Source of the DNA: Phallusia mammillata
Lineage: Eukaryota
Assembly (NCBI GenBank): GCA_965637545.1
Contig: OZ281499.1
Location: 26,040,001-26,104,000, forward strand
Direction of reading: 5' to 3'
Length of the DNA stretch: 64,000 nt
Shown here: one piece after another, positions 11,536 through 24,200 of the stretch
Layout of the letters: the number at the start of each line of letters is the position of its first letter
How positions within the stretch are numbered: the first letter of the stretch is position 1
Program-made: the position numbers and the translations under genes
The notes under the pieces: generated by a model
Told to the model about the DNA's origin: nothing
Databases searched by the model: none
The model's input: the letters and a program-made list of their open reading frames with translations, nothing else

Positions 11536-14500
11536 ATGGGCCAAGTACGTACAGTTGCACTGTTCACGGTTTTCTTTGTATGTCGCATTTCGTTCAGTGA
11601 TGCTCAGCCTGCGACCTGTATGGTTGGTACGGTTGGTGATGGTATAGCTGCAGCTACCTGTACTACGTTTTGTGGGAGGACGGAAATAGCGGGCGGTGGT
11701 AAGTAGAAGCTTGTAAAGAGCATTTCTCGCTTGTATAAGCAATTTAATGGGTGTGCTATGCACCAAATGTAATTATATGATATAAGACCGCCTTCCACAG
11801 AAAAATAACACCGGACGCATAGAGCAGCTCCAAATCGTTTGGTAGCTTTACACTAAATGTTTTGGCAGGAAAACACTTCATTTAACATCCAAAGACTCCC
11901 ACACAACCTTTATTTATTATGCCCCCTTTGCCCAATGACCGCACGTTTTGCAACCTATGATTTATAACGCAACTTGTTTAAAAAGTGGAGAGTAAAACAA
12001 ATCCGTCCTAAAGGATGTTTAAAACGGTCAAAGGGAAACAGCTCATGAAACACAGAGCCAAAACAGTTCACATCGGACGTGTCCTCTTTTAACGACTACT
12101 GTTTTTTTTTTCAGCCCAAGTTGGATCCTGTGAGGCCGATGTCGCCGCTTGTGACGCTCTGTGTGCTGGAACAGCGTAAGTTGATGTAAAAAAGAACTTT
12201 AAAAAAATTGTTCTCACCGACATTATAAAATACGTCAAGTAAACGCGCACAGAGTACGCTAGCTTGTTTCACAACCGCGCCGTCGCACTAAAACAACATA
12301 TCTGACAAAAAGCAGTTATAGCAAGTGAAATTTGCATTTAAGTTAAATCAAACAAACCAAAATAAAAGTTTTTTAGAAATTTCTGTAACGTTTAGAAACT
12401 GTGTATCGGCCTGCTGCAATGATGCTGACGATTGCAACACCGGGGTCACTGCAATGAGAGGAACAGTGACATGTGGGGTTGGTACACATGATGGTAGCGC
12501 GTTCCCTTCCCCTGCAATGGTGTGTGACCCAGGCGATCTGTGTGGAAGGATTGAAACGTCAGGCACACGTAAGGAAAAGATTCACATGTTTTAACAACGG
12601 TACAGCTCTTTTGGGTGTTCTTTCCGCCTATACCCATCTTGCAGACCTACATTAGGTCTGGCGCCCTGTAATTTGCAATAAAATTGTTTTTTATTAATTT
12701 GGCATTACCGGTATACGCCGCATATACCGACAAACCCTGTCGAGTTGACACACTGTGTACAATACTTAGTAAGAAATTTTAATCCAAAAAAAGAATCTAG
12801 TAGTAACGAAAAGGGGAGTTGTGCACTTAAATGAGTCAGAATAACACAGGTCACATTAATTCGACATTTTCTTTTTACAGCCCCAACTATTGTCGGATCT
12901 TGTTCAACTGTTGCAGAATGTGAAACTCTATGCGATGCAGTGACGTAAGTTTTACTGTACAAAAGTTTGAGAAAGCCAATAAACATTCAAACCAGTATTT
13001 TGGTTTTTGTATGGTTCACATAAAGATAAATTTAGAGATCTAACAACCAAATTACTAAAAACCAAACTCGCCAAAGAAAACTAATATTATTATCAAAACT
13101 AAACAGAAACTTGTGCCACGACATCATGTAAATATCACCAGACATTTTCTTTAGGCATTCTATCAGAAACTGTGTGACGACGTTTGGCAAAAAAAGCTGC
13201 CTACCTTTCAAAAAAATCATCATTTCACCTAAAACCTTAGTGAACAACTGCCAATTACTGAACATATTGATATATAACAAACAATATACAAAGTAATATG
13301 GTCACAGGGATCCATGTGTATCGGCATGTTGCAATGATGCTGATGACTGCAATACTCGAACAGTGGAAGAAATGAGCAACATTGTGCGATGTGGATCTGG
13401 GGAGTTGGCAAGTGGAGTATTTCCTACAATGCTGACTTGTGCTGCAGGATCACTTTGTGGACGAACAGAAATTACCGGTGGTAAGAAACGATTTGCATGA
13501 ACTAAAATGGCAACAAGAAATAGTTGCGCTTTTCATAAAATGTTTTTGCAGGTGCTACCACCGGAACTTGTTCAACGCAAGCCCAGTGCGAAGCGCTTTG
13601 TGACAATACCGCGTAAGTTTTATGAAGCAGAATGCTTCATAATGTTTTTTTGCAAAGCGGACATTATGCGAAAAGTTGTAGGATGACGTTAGTTGAACAT
13701 CCGTTCCTTTCCCAGAAACTGTGTATCGGCATGTTGCGATGATGCTGACGACTGTAACACACGAACAGTGGCAGAAATGAGCAACATTGTGCGATGTGGA
13801 ACTGAAGCGGACGCTACTACAACACTGTTGACTTGCGCGGCTGGATCGCTTTGTGGAAGAATGGAAGTAACTGCTCCAAGTAAGAAAATATTTAATTTTC
13901 CTTACATTTTTTTTTAATTGTACCAGTAGTTAATAACCATAAATGCTTTTTTAACAACTGACATTAAGAACGCTAGTGCAGAAAATGTGTTTCTAATGTA
14001 AAAATATCAAAGGGTGAAATAAACTGGCACTGATAAAATGTTTTCATGAAGTTTTTGTTTTTTGAAGTATTTGAGGGTGCATATACTTTCTGTAAAGCTT
14101 TATCAAGCATTCGTCCTAATTTGTTTTAGTTTGAATAATTTTACCTACCTTAACCGATGTTTAAGTCAAACTTTTATGTTTTTGGTTAAAGGTGCAGCAA
14201 CTACAGGATCTTGTTCGACCCAAGCAGAATGCGACGACTTATGTAAAAATACTGCGTAAGTACAAAAAAACAATTTGGTATCTTGAGCTGATTCCGGCTT
14301 TCTACGGCTAAATCAAACGACAGAAAACATCACTACAAAATAATGTTCCAGTAATAACAGAAAGCATTAATGCAATGTACTGTTCTAGTCAATACAAAAT
14401 GTTTTCTGATTTAATAATGCGCTGCTTATGAGCAATACTTGAATGCAGTGACGCCAAACCCACTTTGTTTAAAAAAGCAAAATATCGGTAAACCCAACAG

Positions 14501-17500
14501 CTACATAATTTACGCGATCTGTTCATACAACTTCGGAACTACGAAAATTTAAAAACGCTAGGAAACCATACTTTGTAGAAAGGTGTTTCTGACGTCGCGA
14601 CAAAACGAAATTTTCACGAAATAAACTCATTGAGAATCGAAAATGATTTGACGAGAAACAGCCAGTTAAATACGTAACTTAAACATTACAATAAGTATTT
14701 CTGATTTCACAACTTCACAACCGCGTTGCATCTTCATTTTTGTTGAAGGTTTCTAGTGAAAATTCTCACGGATTATTTTCTGTAATTTGACTTTTTCCAG
14801 GTCTTGCACTTCAGCATGTTGCAGTGACGCGGATATGTGTAACACAAGAGCAGTGGCAGAAATTGGCGCAACTATTAAATGTGGAACTGGAACTTGGGCT
14901 AACAATGCATTTCCTACTGCCACCACTTGTGCCGCTGGCGAACTTTGCGCAAGAATGGAAGTCAGTGGAGGTAAAAGTTCGTTTTTGTAGTTGTTTTGCA
15001 AAAACAAATTAGCCGATTTGGTTAGCACACTTCCTATAGTTATACAAGATTTTGGTTAGTTATGTTGACTGAGCTTTGTCCGACTTAATTCGAATACAAA
15101 ATATGTGTAGGTGGTGACACAGTGGGTTCCTGCCAGACACAAGCTGCATGTGATTTGCTATGTTCTGGAGTAACGTAAGTGTTTGTCAAAACTGTGTTCT
15201 GTTTCAGCTATTTTTCAGTGCAGCTAATGTATGTATGCTCCGATACAACACGTTGTACAACACGAAGTCTCATAACTTATTTCACTCGTGTTACAGAAAC
15301 TGCATGTCTGCGTGTTGCAACGATGCAGATTTCTGCAACACAGAAGCAGTCACAGATATCGTCGCAGTCGTCCGGTGCGGGTTTGGGACAGCCGACAGTA
15401 ACGGAGCCTTCACTACAATCATGACATGTGACACAGATGAACACTGTCGCAGGACTGAAACAACCTCAACGAATACGATTGCGGGATCCTGCATTGCTGA
15501 CGCTTCCATGTGCGCTAGTGGTTGCACCGCAACGTACGTTGCTTCATGAATAAATCTGATACTCATGTACACTTGTCATTAAACTTTTTTCTATCAAGCC
15601 AAAACCCTTTTCCCGGGTGTTATAACACAAGCATAATACCCTCGATTAAAAAAACTGTTAAAAAAACGATTCAATTTGGCACAAGTTTAAATAAACTCAA
15701 ACGAATCCAAAGTCAAACCAGATACTTCGGTTCATTTTGTGCCGGCAAACCATTAAATTTGTTTTCGTCACAGAGATTGTGTTGCTGCGTGTTGCAATGA
15801 CGCAGACTTGTGCAACACTTTGACCATTGCTGTGACGACAGGCAGAGTTTGCATGGTTGGAACAACTACCACAGTTGGAACTAATGATCCAACTGGAAGT
15901 ATAGTGCCCACACATTGCAGTCCAAACACCTTCTGCGGGAGAACTGAAACCACCACAACAGCAAGTAACAACTTTTGGAAATATTTATGGCTGCATACCC
16001 AGACACATACTTAATGTGAAGTAATATTACAGATAATGTGGATACTGTGGTGAGGGTTGGATCATGCCAGGCTGATGCCACTGCTTGTGATCTACTCTGC
16101 ACTGGTGTCACGTAAGTTGGACGTTAAAAATAGATAAACAGATGACAAAACACTTAAAAAGCAAAAACCTCGTTTTTTTATAAATTGTTTTACATTGCTG
16201 TAGCATTCTGTATTTTTTGGCTATTGCTTAGATGTAAACGTCAATGTAAAATAATATATATTTCATTGTACTCCAGGGGTTGTGTGGCAGCATGTTGCAA
16301 TGATGCCGACAACTGTAACAGCGAAACAGTCACTGTTATCAAGAACGTAGTGACCTGTGGAGTGGGAGTTTTTGCTAGTGGAGCGTTTCCAACCCCAGCT
16401 ATGACATGCCAAGCTACAGAACGATGTGGGAGAACAGAATTAACAAGTGGAGGTAAAATTTGACATGTATTATTAAAACATTTTAGGTTAACTACACATC
16501 GCACTTTCACATTTACAATCAACCTTACATACATTTTTGCTTCAAAATTTGGTAAGTATTTTTGTATTATCTTCAAGGATTCTTTTGTTTTGGGATTAAT
16601 CTATGCCGCCAAATTGGAAAATTTAGGTTAAAGTAAAATAAAACCGCGGTTCACTGATCTAATCATTAACAAATCAACACAAATATTATATTACCCAACT
16701 TAATAGTGATACACTTCTGTTTTTGGTGCCCATTTAGTTATTTTCACTACCGCTTTTGAACTGATTTCGGACAGCCATTTAATGGTATTCTGGCCTACTT
16801 TTCAAATGCCCATGTGTAAAGTAATACCTAATTCTAACATTGTAATTTGTTTTTTCATAAAGAGAACGTAAAGTTTATACATATATCTACGATTAAAAAA
16901 AGTTTAAAAAGTCTGACGTAAATCTTGTTCATTACAGCTGTTGAAGGATTTTGTTCAACGACAACTCAATGCACAGCTGGACTTTGTGGAGAAACCTCGT
17001 AAGTTTCACTTTTCTCTCAATGATTTATACCTAGCATAATGCGCAACACACGTCAATATGCAAATCAAATAAAAACTAAATTTAATCCAAAACTTAGTAT
17101 TGTCGCAACTGAGGTAAATGTTAACCAATGACCCATAATGTGTGTTGCAGAGGTTGTGTGGCAGCTTGTTGCAACGTGGCAGATGGATGTAATAGTCTAT
17201 CAGTGGCAACACAAATGACAAGACAGTGTTTGGTTGGAAGAACTATGCAAGTTGGAAGTGCTGCAGCAACTGGAAGTCTGACTGCTATGCATTGCCCGGC
17301 TGGCGAAATGTGTGGAAGAACACAAACCACAACTACAACTGGAGGTAGGTAGCTGTAACAGTTGCATTGCATCAACAGTTAAAACTACAATCGGGTTTAT
17401 TTTCGCGTGGAACAGGCGTGTACGCAAATCAGGAAACCTAAGCAAAACATTTTAATCTAAAGTGAAGCAGGTTATAAGAAGTACAACTCGGAAAAGTTTT

Positions 17501-18050
17501 TATCAACGATTTCCTATTTTTGTCAACATACAACCTACTAACACAAAGCAGTCGACCTAAGCTTAATCGTAAATTGTAAAAAAATGATTTGGAGCAGAAA
17601 ACCCTACTGAGTACAAATTCACACCTGTTTAGGTGAGACCACAGTGGTAATAGATGGAACCTGCAGCACAGCAGCTGAGTGCAACGATGGAAACATGCTT
17701 TGCGATGGGTGAGTTGATTAAACAAATCTACTCATTGGTGACTGCCAAAAAAATGTACTTAACATTCAACTTTGTATCTTTCTAATTCATGGCGAAAAAA
17801 AAAACAACTTTTAAAAAAGTTAATGCAGATAGACTAAAGAAATATGTTTTACAGGGCTGAAGGTTGCATCGAATATTGCTGTGACACTGACGGTTGCAAC
17901 TCTGCCGCTGTCACTACAACAACCACAACCACCACCACTACAACCACAACAACAACAGCAACAACAACTACAGCTGGTGCTGAACATGCAGCACAAATTA
18001 ATATGTTGGTGATGATGGGTCTTGTGGTTCTCGGTTGGTTTATGGCTTAA
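11536..18050 (+). CDS. Gene 3: signal peptide, 9 LU-like domains, Thr stalk, GPI-type tail (788 aa, 18 exons)
   Basis: Exons 11536-11698, 12115-12175, 12396-12568, 12881-12944, 13308-13480, 13552-13612, 13716-13879, 14192-14255, 14801-14970, 15111-15174, 15297-15533, 15774-15964, 16033-16111, 16277-16452, 16938-16998, 17151-17344, 17633-17708, 17855-18050. Total 2367 nt, in frame. Confidence 0.88.
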
Positions 18051-18999
18051 TCGATGTGTTTCCAATGCATCAGCATTACTGTGTTTGTGTGATTTAGAGA
18101 ATATATATCCAAGTTTAAACTATTTTTTTACGTTGCACATGGATTTTAACCGATTGTGAAGTGTGTTAATGTAAACTGTGTCTCAGTGTTATGATATATT
18201 TGAACCGATTCTGTACATTCCAAATCCGTTTGATTTTGACAATATTAAATATAACTTTTGTAAACAATTCCTGGGTGTCATGAAAACAGCAAAGAAATTT
18301 GGAGACCTTTAAACCAACTAAAGTTGATACTCTGGTGGTTGCAACATTTGAAAAGAATGGAGTAATGTGTCTCTAGTAACAAAAGCAAACGAAGGTTATC
18401 TAGTGGTCAAAAATACCTTCCAAATTTTACTTATTTAATAATCCGGCTAACGTCAACCACAGTGCACTTCCTCTTTCGTTGCCCAAAATCAGTCAGGACA
18501 CAAAAAAGTAAAAAGGGAAAACTTAATCTTGCGTGAAATACTGACTCGAAACCTTTTTTATGCGTCTGAGCGCGGGTTTGGGAACCACGTGTTGTGGATT
18601 AAGTTCTAATGTCGACTTAACGCTCACAGCAGAAGCTTAACCGACTACCACTGATCTAACAACAACATCAACAATCCAGTTCCCACATTCAATGAATAAA
18701 AGTGTTACTTTTAGATAAAATTTGGTAAAACTCAACAACGTTTTATTTTACTCAGTAAAATGCACATGTTAAATCGATATGCTTGTCGCCGGTGAACATA
18801 ACAAGCAATAAATGATTGGCAGAAAAGTCCAGTATCGTCTTTAGCCAAAACTCCGCAATAAATGATTTGTTGAAAACGTCACGTGCATCGTCTGTGGCCA
18901 AAAAACTCAGCACACTGATACCTCAATTACCGTGGAAGTAAACAGGAGCGCTGTACAAGTCATGACAAAAACACGAGGAAAAACGCCGATTCTCACCGC

Positions 19000-19152
19000 A
19001 CACGAGTCAACACGTGGAAGCGACCTTTGGAAAATTTCTAATGGCGCTGTGCGAGAGAAAAAGTTTTGGGGTAATCAGACTCCCTTGAAAGAGTCGGGAC
19101 GCTACAATGTTGTGAATATAAGGAGGGGCCGCCACGTTTTTGTGCAGTTTTT
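19000..19152 (+). promoter_or_regulatory. Conserved cassette, distal core promoter of gene 4
   Basis: CACGTG 19011-16; TATAAG at 19117; GCAGTT with A at 19146. Confidence 0.65.
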
Positions 19153-20204
19153 GGTTTTGTTTGCCATTCGGCGGAAAGGAAAGAGATCGGGAAAAGTGCG
19201 CTTAGAACGAAACGCGAAGAGTTTTTGCGGCAAATGGGTCCGAAATTGTTGGGAGTTGAAAGGCAATGTAGTCGAAGGCCTCGGCGTGAGCGTGCATGCC
19301 TGGGCACAAGTTGATGAAAAACTCTGAGTAAACAAGAAGAAGTTCGAGCAGCGATGATAGAAACAGTTATGCGTATGAGAAACTTGTTTCAATATAAAAT
19401 ATTTTGTTGCGCAAATGCTGTGTGACATGTAAAATAGTTGCTGGTTGTTTGCTTTGAGCTATAAAAAGGCATTAATTTTACGAAAGCTAGTTGGTTTAGC
19501 ACAACGCGTGTAAATGGGATAAAATTGTGGTGACAGTAAATGCTGCTGTTAACTTTTACATTTGGTGCGCGGTAGGCGACTAAACAAAGTTAATGAAAGC
19601 CAATTTACAAACCGGCGAGGTAAAAACTATTGAACTTATGCCATGAACGAATAGACAACATAATGATAATGTGATATTGTTTGTAAAACAGTGTAGAATC
19701 CAGATAAACCTTTGTTGGGCGTGTTAGCATGTTGCAGTTAGTAAGTTTATGCAGAAGTTCGGTTTCGGCAAAATTTTGAAAATGTGTTAATCAAAAATAA
19801 ATCAGGGTCATATTAAATTGTTACTGATTCTTTGACTGACAATTCTTTGCTTCTGAATAAAACGTATACCCTGGCGTATTTAACAAAAGTGGAGCATTCG
19901 ACACAGGAACTGCGATAATTTGTATAAACCACATAACAAAATCCAACACTAACAGACGTATGTAAAGTGCGGTCTCACATCGAGCTGCAAAGGGTGTCAC
20001 ACAAATTCTAGTCTATTTTTTCTTCCCCGAAATGTTTTTACATTGTTCTTTTCTGTATGCGCTACTAAGTGTAGGTTTATACTTTCCTGCTTCTAACCCC
20101 TATAGAACAGCTTTTAAGAATAAAATATTTTCAATGATTTGTCCGTGCGCTAGATGTACCACATAGACTGCGTAACAAAATATAAAAGGACCTGATAACT
20201 CGGG

Positions 20205-20250
20205 AACCAGGAATATAAGGCCGGGTGTGGCTCGTTTTACGCAGTTGGTT
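20205..20250 (+). promoter_or_regulatory. Second TATA+Inr core upstream of gene 4
   Basis: GAATATAAGG (T at 20214) and TTTTACGCAGTT (A at 20243): the same motif pair and spacing as the other cassettes. Confidence 0.5.
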
Positions 20251-21239
20251 GTCGATTCCAATCGGGCTAGCACTGAAAACTAGCCCTATTTTACATTACA
20301 GGCTTGGACTGTATCGAACTTAAACTAGGTTGAAGGCTTTGAGGTGCACGAACTGAGCGCTTTGCGTAAATGAAGAAAATTCGCTATTAGCCGTATTCGG
20401 TAATGTAAACTTTTTTCGTTTAAACCTGTTTTGTAGATAAGCAAACCAGATATGCGACCACAGCGTAATGTTTAGTCTGTAATCTTTTGACTATGCTACG
20501 AAAACTAATACACGTTTTAGCAATACCAAAATATACTCCGGCCTCGTTTTGTGAGGTATAACGAAACATTGCCTTTCCTGCAAAATTCAAAACGTTCGAA
20601 AAAAAAGGAAGACTATACTCGCAAACATTATGGAACTGACGGGTAACTAAAATCTCAAAATCAAAAATTCAAGGTAAAAATATTTTGTCAAATTCGTGGC
20701 GATAAAACCAGACAATAACCGTCGTTCATCACAACTTTGCCTTCTAGCAAAGTCAACAGCGATTTTAATAGGATAATGTCATAGTAAAAAATCTAAAACA
20801 AGTGTTTTCGCTTTCTGCGACGGATTGGTTATGGTGCGGAGAGCAGAAGGTTCGGGGCGTTTGTTATAAAGTAAAGCGTTCGCCATGTCGATGTAAGGTT
20901 GTTTAACGTAGTGGTCGAAACTTACAAGGCGCACCAGGTGCCGGTCCGTGAGGTGTTTGTTACCAGGCCGTATACTTTTTCGGGGTCAATAATTTGAAAC
21001 ACTTTTGTAGTAGTCCTTAAATATGACTGTGTCCAAATATATAACCTATATGAGTTGTAATAAATATTCATTGCTAAACATGTGTTGGTTGTTTAAGGTT
21101 GGGCCCTGATAAAATAACAGTTTTAAAACGATCCGCAATGCAAAAAAAGTTACCCACCACTGGTTTAACGCCAAATTATAAAAAAAATCTACATTAAAAG
21201 GTTTTTGGTCACTTGTAAAGAATTAATTAAAACTTAATT

Positions 21240-24200
21240 ATGACTCGGGAACGTGCGGTGGTGTTGTTAGCAGCTCTGGTTATTTTCGGAGTTTCCCAAA
21301 CCGATGGTTTGAGCTGTCAACAGGGATCAAGTGCTGCCGACGATCTGGCGAATAGCAATTGCGCTGGCGCCGAAACGTTTTGTGGAAAAACCGAAACAAC
21401 GGACAACAGTAAGCAAAAATGTTTTATTAATTACATTTTTAATCAAATTAAACGCGTGTTAAAATAAATTTTAAGTAATGATAGTTTGTAAGTTGTTGAC
21501 TTGCTACGTTAGCTTGACATTTACTCTCAATAAACTACGGCTTTAAAAATATTTTTTCTTGTCACACCTTCCATTAACAAGTTTGTTCACCCTACGAATT
21601 TTAGACGATGATATAACATATGTAGGTCGCTAAACACCTACATGGATTCTTGTTAAAATATTTGTATCACCCCAGTAAGTAGCTTTTTCCGATTACCAGC
21701 ACGGATTTAAAAATTTTTGTTCCGAATTACAGTGGGAATGACAGCTACTGTCGCATCATGCCAAGCTGACGCCGCAGCATGCGATGGCCTATGCATGGGA
21801 ACTGCGTAAGTAAAAACTTGCCTATTTCCTAAATTGCACTAATGTATTTTTTTATTACTATACTTGAAAAATATATGTTTTGATCAAAACGAAACAAAGT
21901 TTTAAAATGTCGTGCCAAAAAGTCATGCCTGAAAGGTTTGTTTCAGTGGCTGTGTATCGGCATGCTGCAACGTAGATAACTGCAACACTGCGACTGTTGC
22001 CGAGATAAGAAATGTGGTAACTTGCATGACGGGGACAGTAACGGGTATGACACTTACCGCTACCACTGCTTGTGAGGCTGGACAGCTTTGTGGGAGAAAA
22101 CAAACAACTGCTGCCGTTGGTGGAGGTGAGAAGCAGATCGCAACATAGAACATAAAATGGAAATGGTGCAACATTTCGCTATAATCATTTTTACACAAAC
22201 GAGACATAATTTTTTACGACACAATGCGACAATCTTACAAGCGTTTCTACCGAACGCTGTGTTCAGCAATTATGCGTCAGGACTTAAACATGCTGCACGT
22301 AAGCATGAGTGTTAGTAAAAGCCTGAATGCTTTTGTAATAAACTGTTCGATCCGATAACATAAGATTAATTGAGAACACCTAAACATTTCGTGTGACAAA
22401 AACACTTTTTTTTCAGCTGTAACAACTGTTGGGTCGTGCTCCACACAAGCACAGTGTGATTTGCTCTGCAGTGGTGTCACGTAAGTAATCAGTTTTATTT
22501 CGTGTCAAAAACATTTCATGAGTCAAATACACGAGCCTTAAACAACAAACTGGTTTACAGAGATCCGTGTATATCGGCATGTTGTAACGATGCGGACAAC
22601 TGCAATGGGGAAGTTATTGCCGATGTAAACGGCATTTTACGATGTGGAACTGGTTCAACTACCGATGGAAATCTTCCTGCCTACATGACTTGTGCCACCA
22701 CACAAGAGTGCGGGAGAATCGAAACTTCGGTCACCACGAACGGTGAATTCAAAAGATCAAATAAACTCAGTAGCAAAAATGCTGACTTGTTCATGAGAAA
22801 AAATTAAGACATGTAAGGTACCTGCAGGTATCAAGGCCCCTTAAAAAACTATTGCGTATAACTAAAAAACAATTGGAGAGTTTCAGGTCAAATTTGGTGT
22901 GATGGTTGCAGAGGTTGATATTAAACATCTATCAGATTTTGAGGATGTTTGCAAGTTTTGTTTTTGTAGGATGACAGTTTAAAAAAAATTAAAACTTGGG
23001 CCTTATTACATGCGTATGCTGTTAATAAAGCCCAACATTTTCATGTTTTTAAAAATAGTCCAGAAACCAATCGGACTCAATTAAACTTTGCTTCTGTCAA
23101 AATAAAGTTCAAACAAGCAACGCCATTAACTTATACAACACATATATTGTTAACTAAGGCATATAACTGTTAATCTGAAGGTACTAACAACTAGGAATAA
23201 ACGACCTTTTGACAGTCGATAACCAAAAAAACTAAATGAAAGATTACTTCTACAAACATCTTATTCGGACTTTTTGTCTCCCTAAGAAAGCAAAAAAGCA
23301 AATTTTGTGCATATCAGTCGCCTTTACTATAAAAGACACTTTAGAAAATGACAAAAAAATGTTGGGCCTTATTGCAAGCAATGGCTGACAAACAAAACCG
23401 TAATCAAATTTATTTGAAGTAATTCTTATTTCCAGATGGGACAATGCTTCAATTAAACTGAAATGACCCCATTACTAATATATCTTAAAAATTTTTCATT
23501 TTGACAACACAACCTTTCCATTTTTGTTACCAATTTTTATGAAAAAATTTATAAAAAGTTGAAAACAAACACGTCTAAATTTGGATTGGTCACAACAACT
23601 ATTACACACAACTTGCAGGTCCAAAACTTTGTAAATCATTGTAAGTACGTATATATTTTAAAATTACATCAAAACGGAAATATTTTTTCTTGCACACAAA
23701 AAAATATGAGCAGTGGGCCTTATTACCTTCCGGGCCTATATACCTTCAGGTACCTTATTAAAAATGTCCAATACATTTTTCAGGAAACACTGTGGTGACA
23801 ACCGTGGGATCTTGTGCAGCAACAGCTGATTGTGGGAGTCTGTGCAACAGCGCTGCGTAAGTTTTAGATTTAACACACATTAACATTCTATCCACTGGCG
23901 GTTTCTATATTTGCAGATATTTGCAGTATTTTAACTGAGGTAAAATAAACGCTGTTTACATAACAATTGCGCAACAATTATTTTTACACTGCAATCAAAG
24001 CAGTTTAGTCGGTTTGCTTTCAAATATCACAAACTTACTTGAACTAAGCTCTCCGCAGATCTCTGACCGTAAAGCGTAAAAGCGCAGAAAATAAACAGTC
24101 AACGAAACGCAAAGTAGTTGAATTGAAAAGCATTTCGAATCTTTTTTATGCTTTCCATGTACAAAGTTTAAGCTCAGCAACATAAAAATCAGCAATAATA

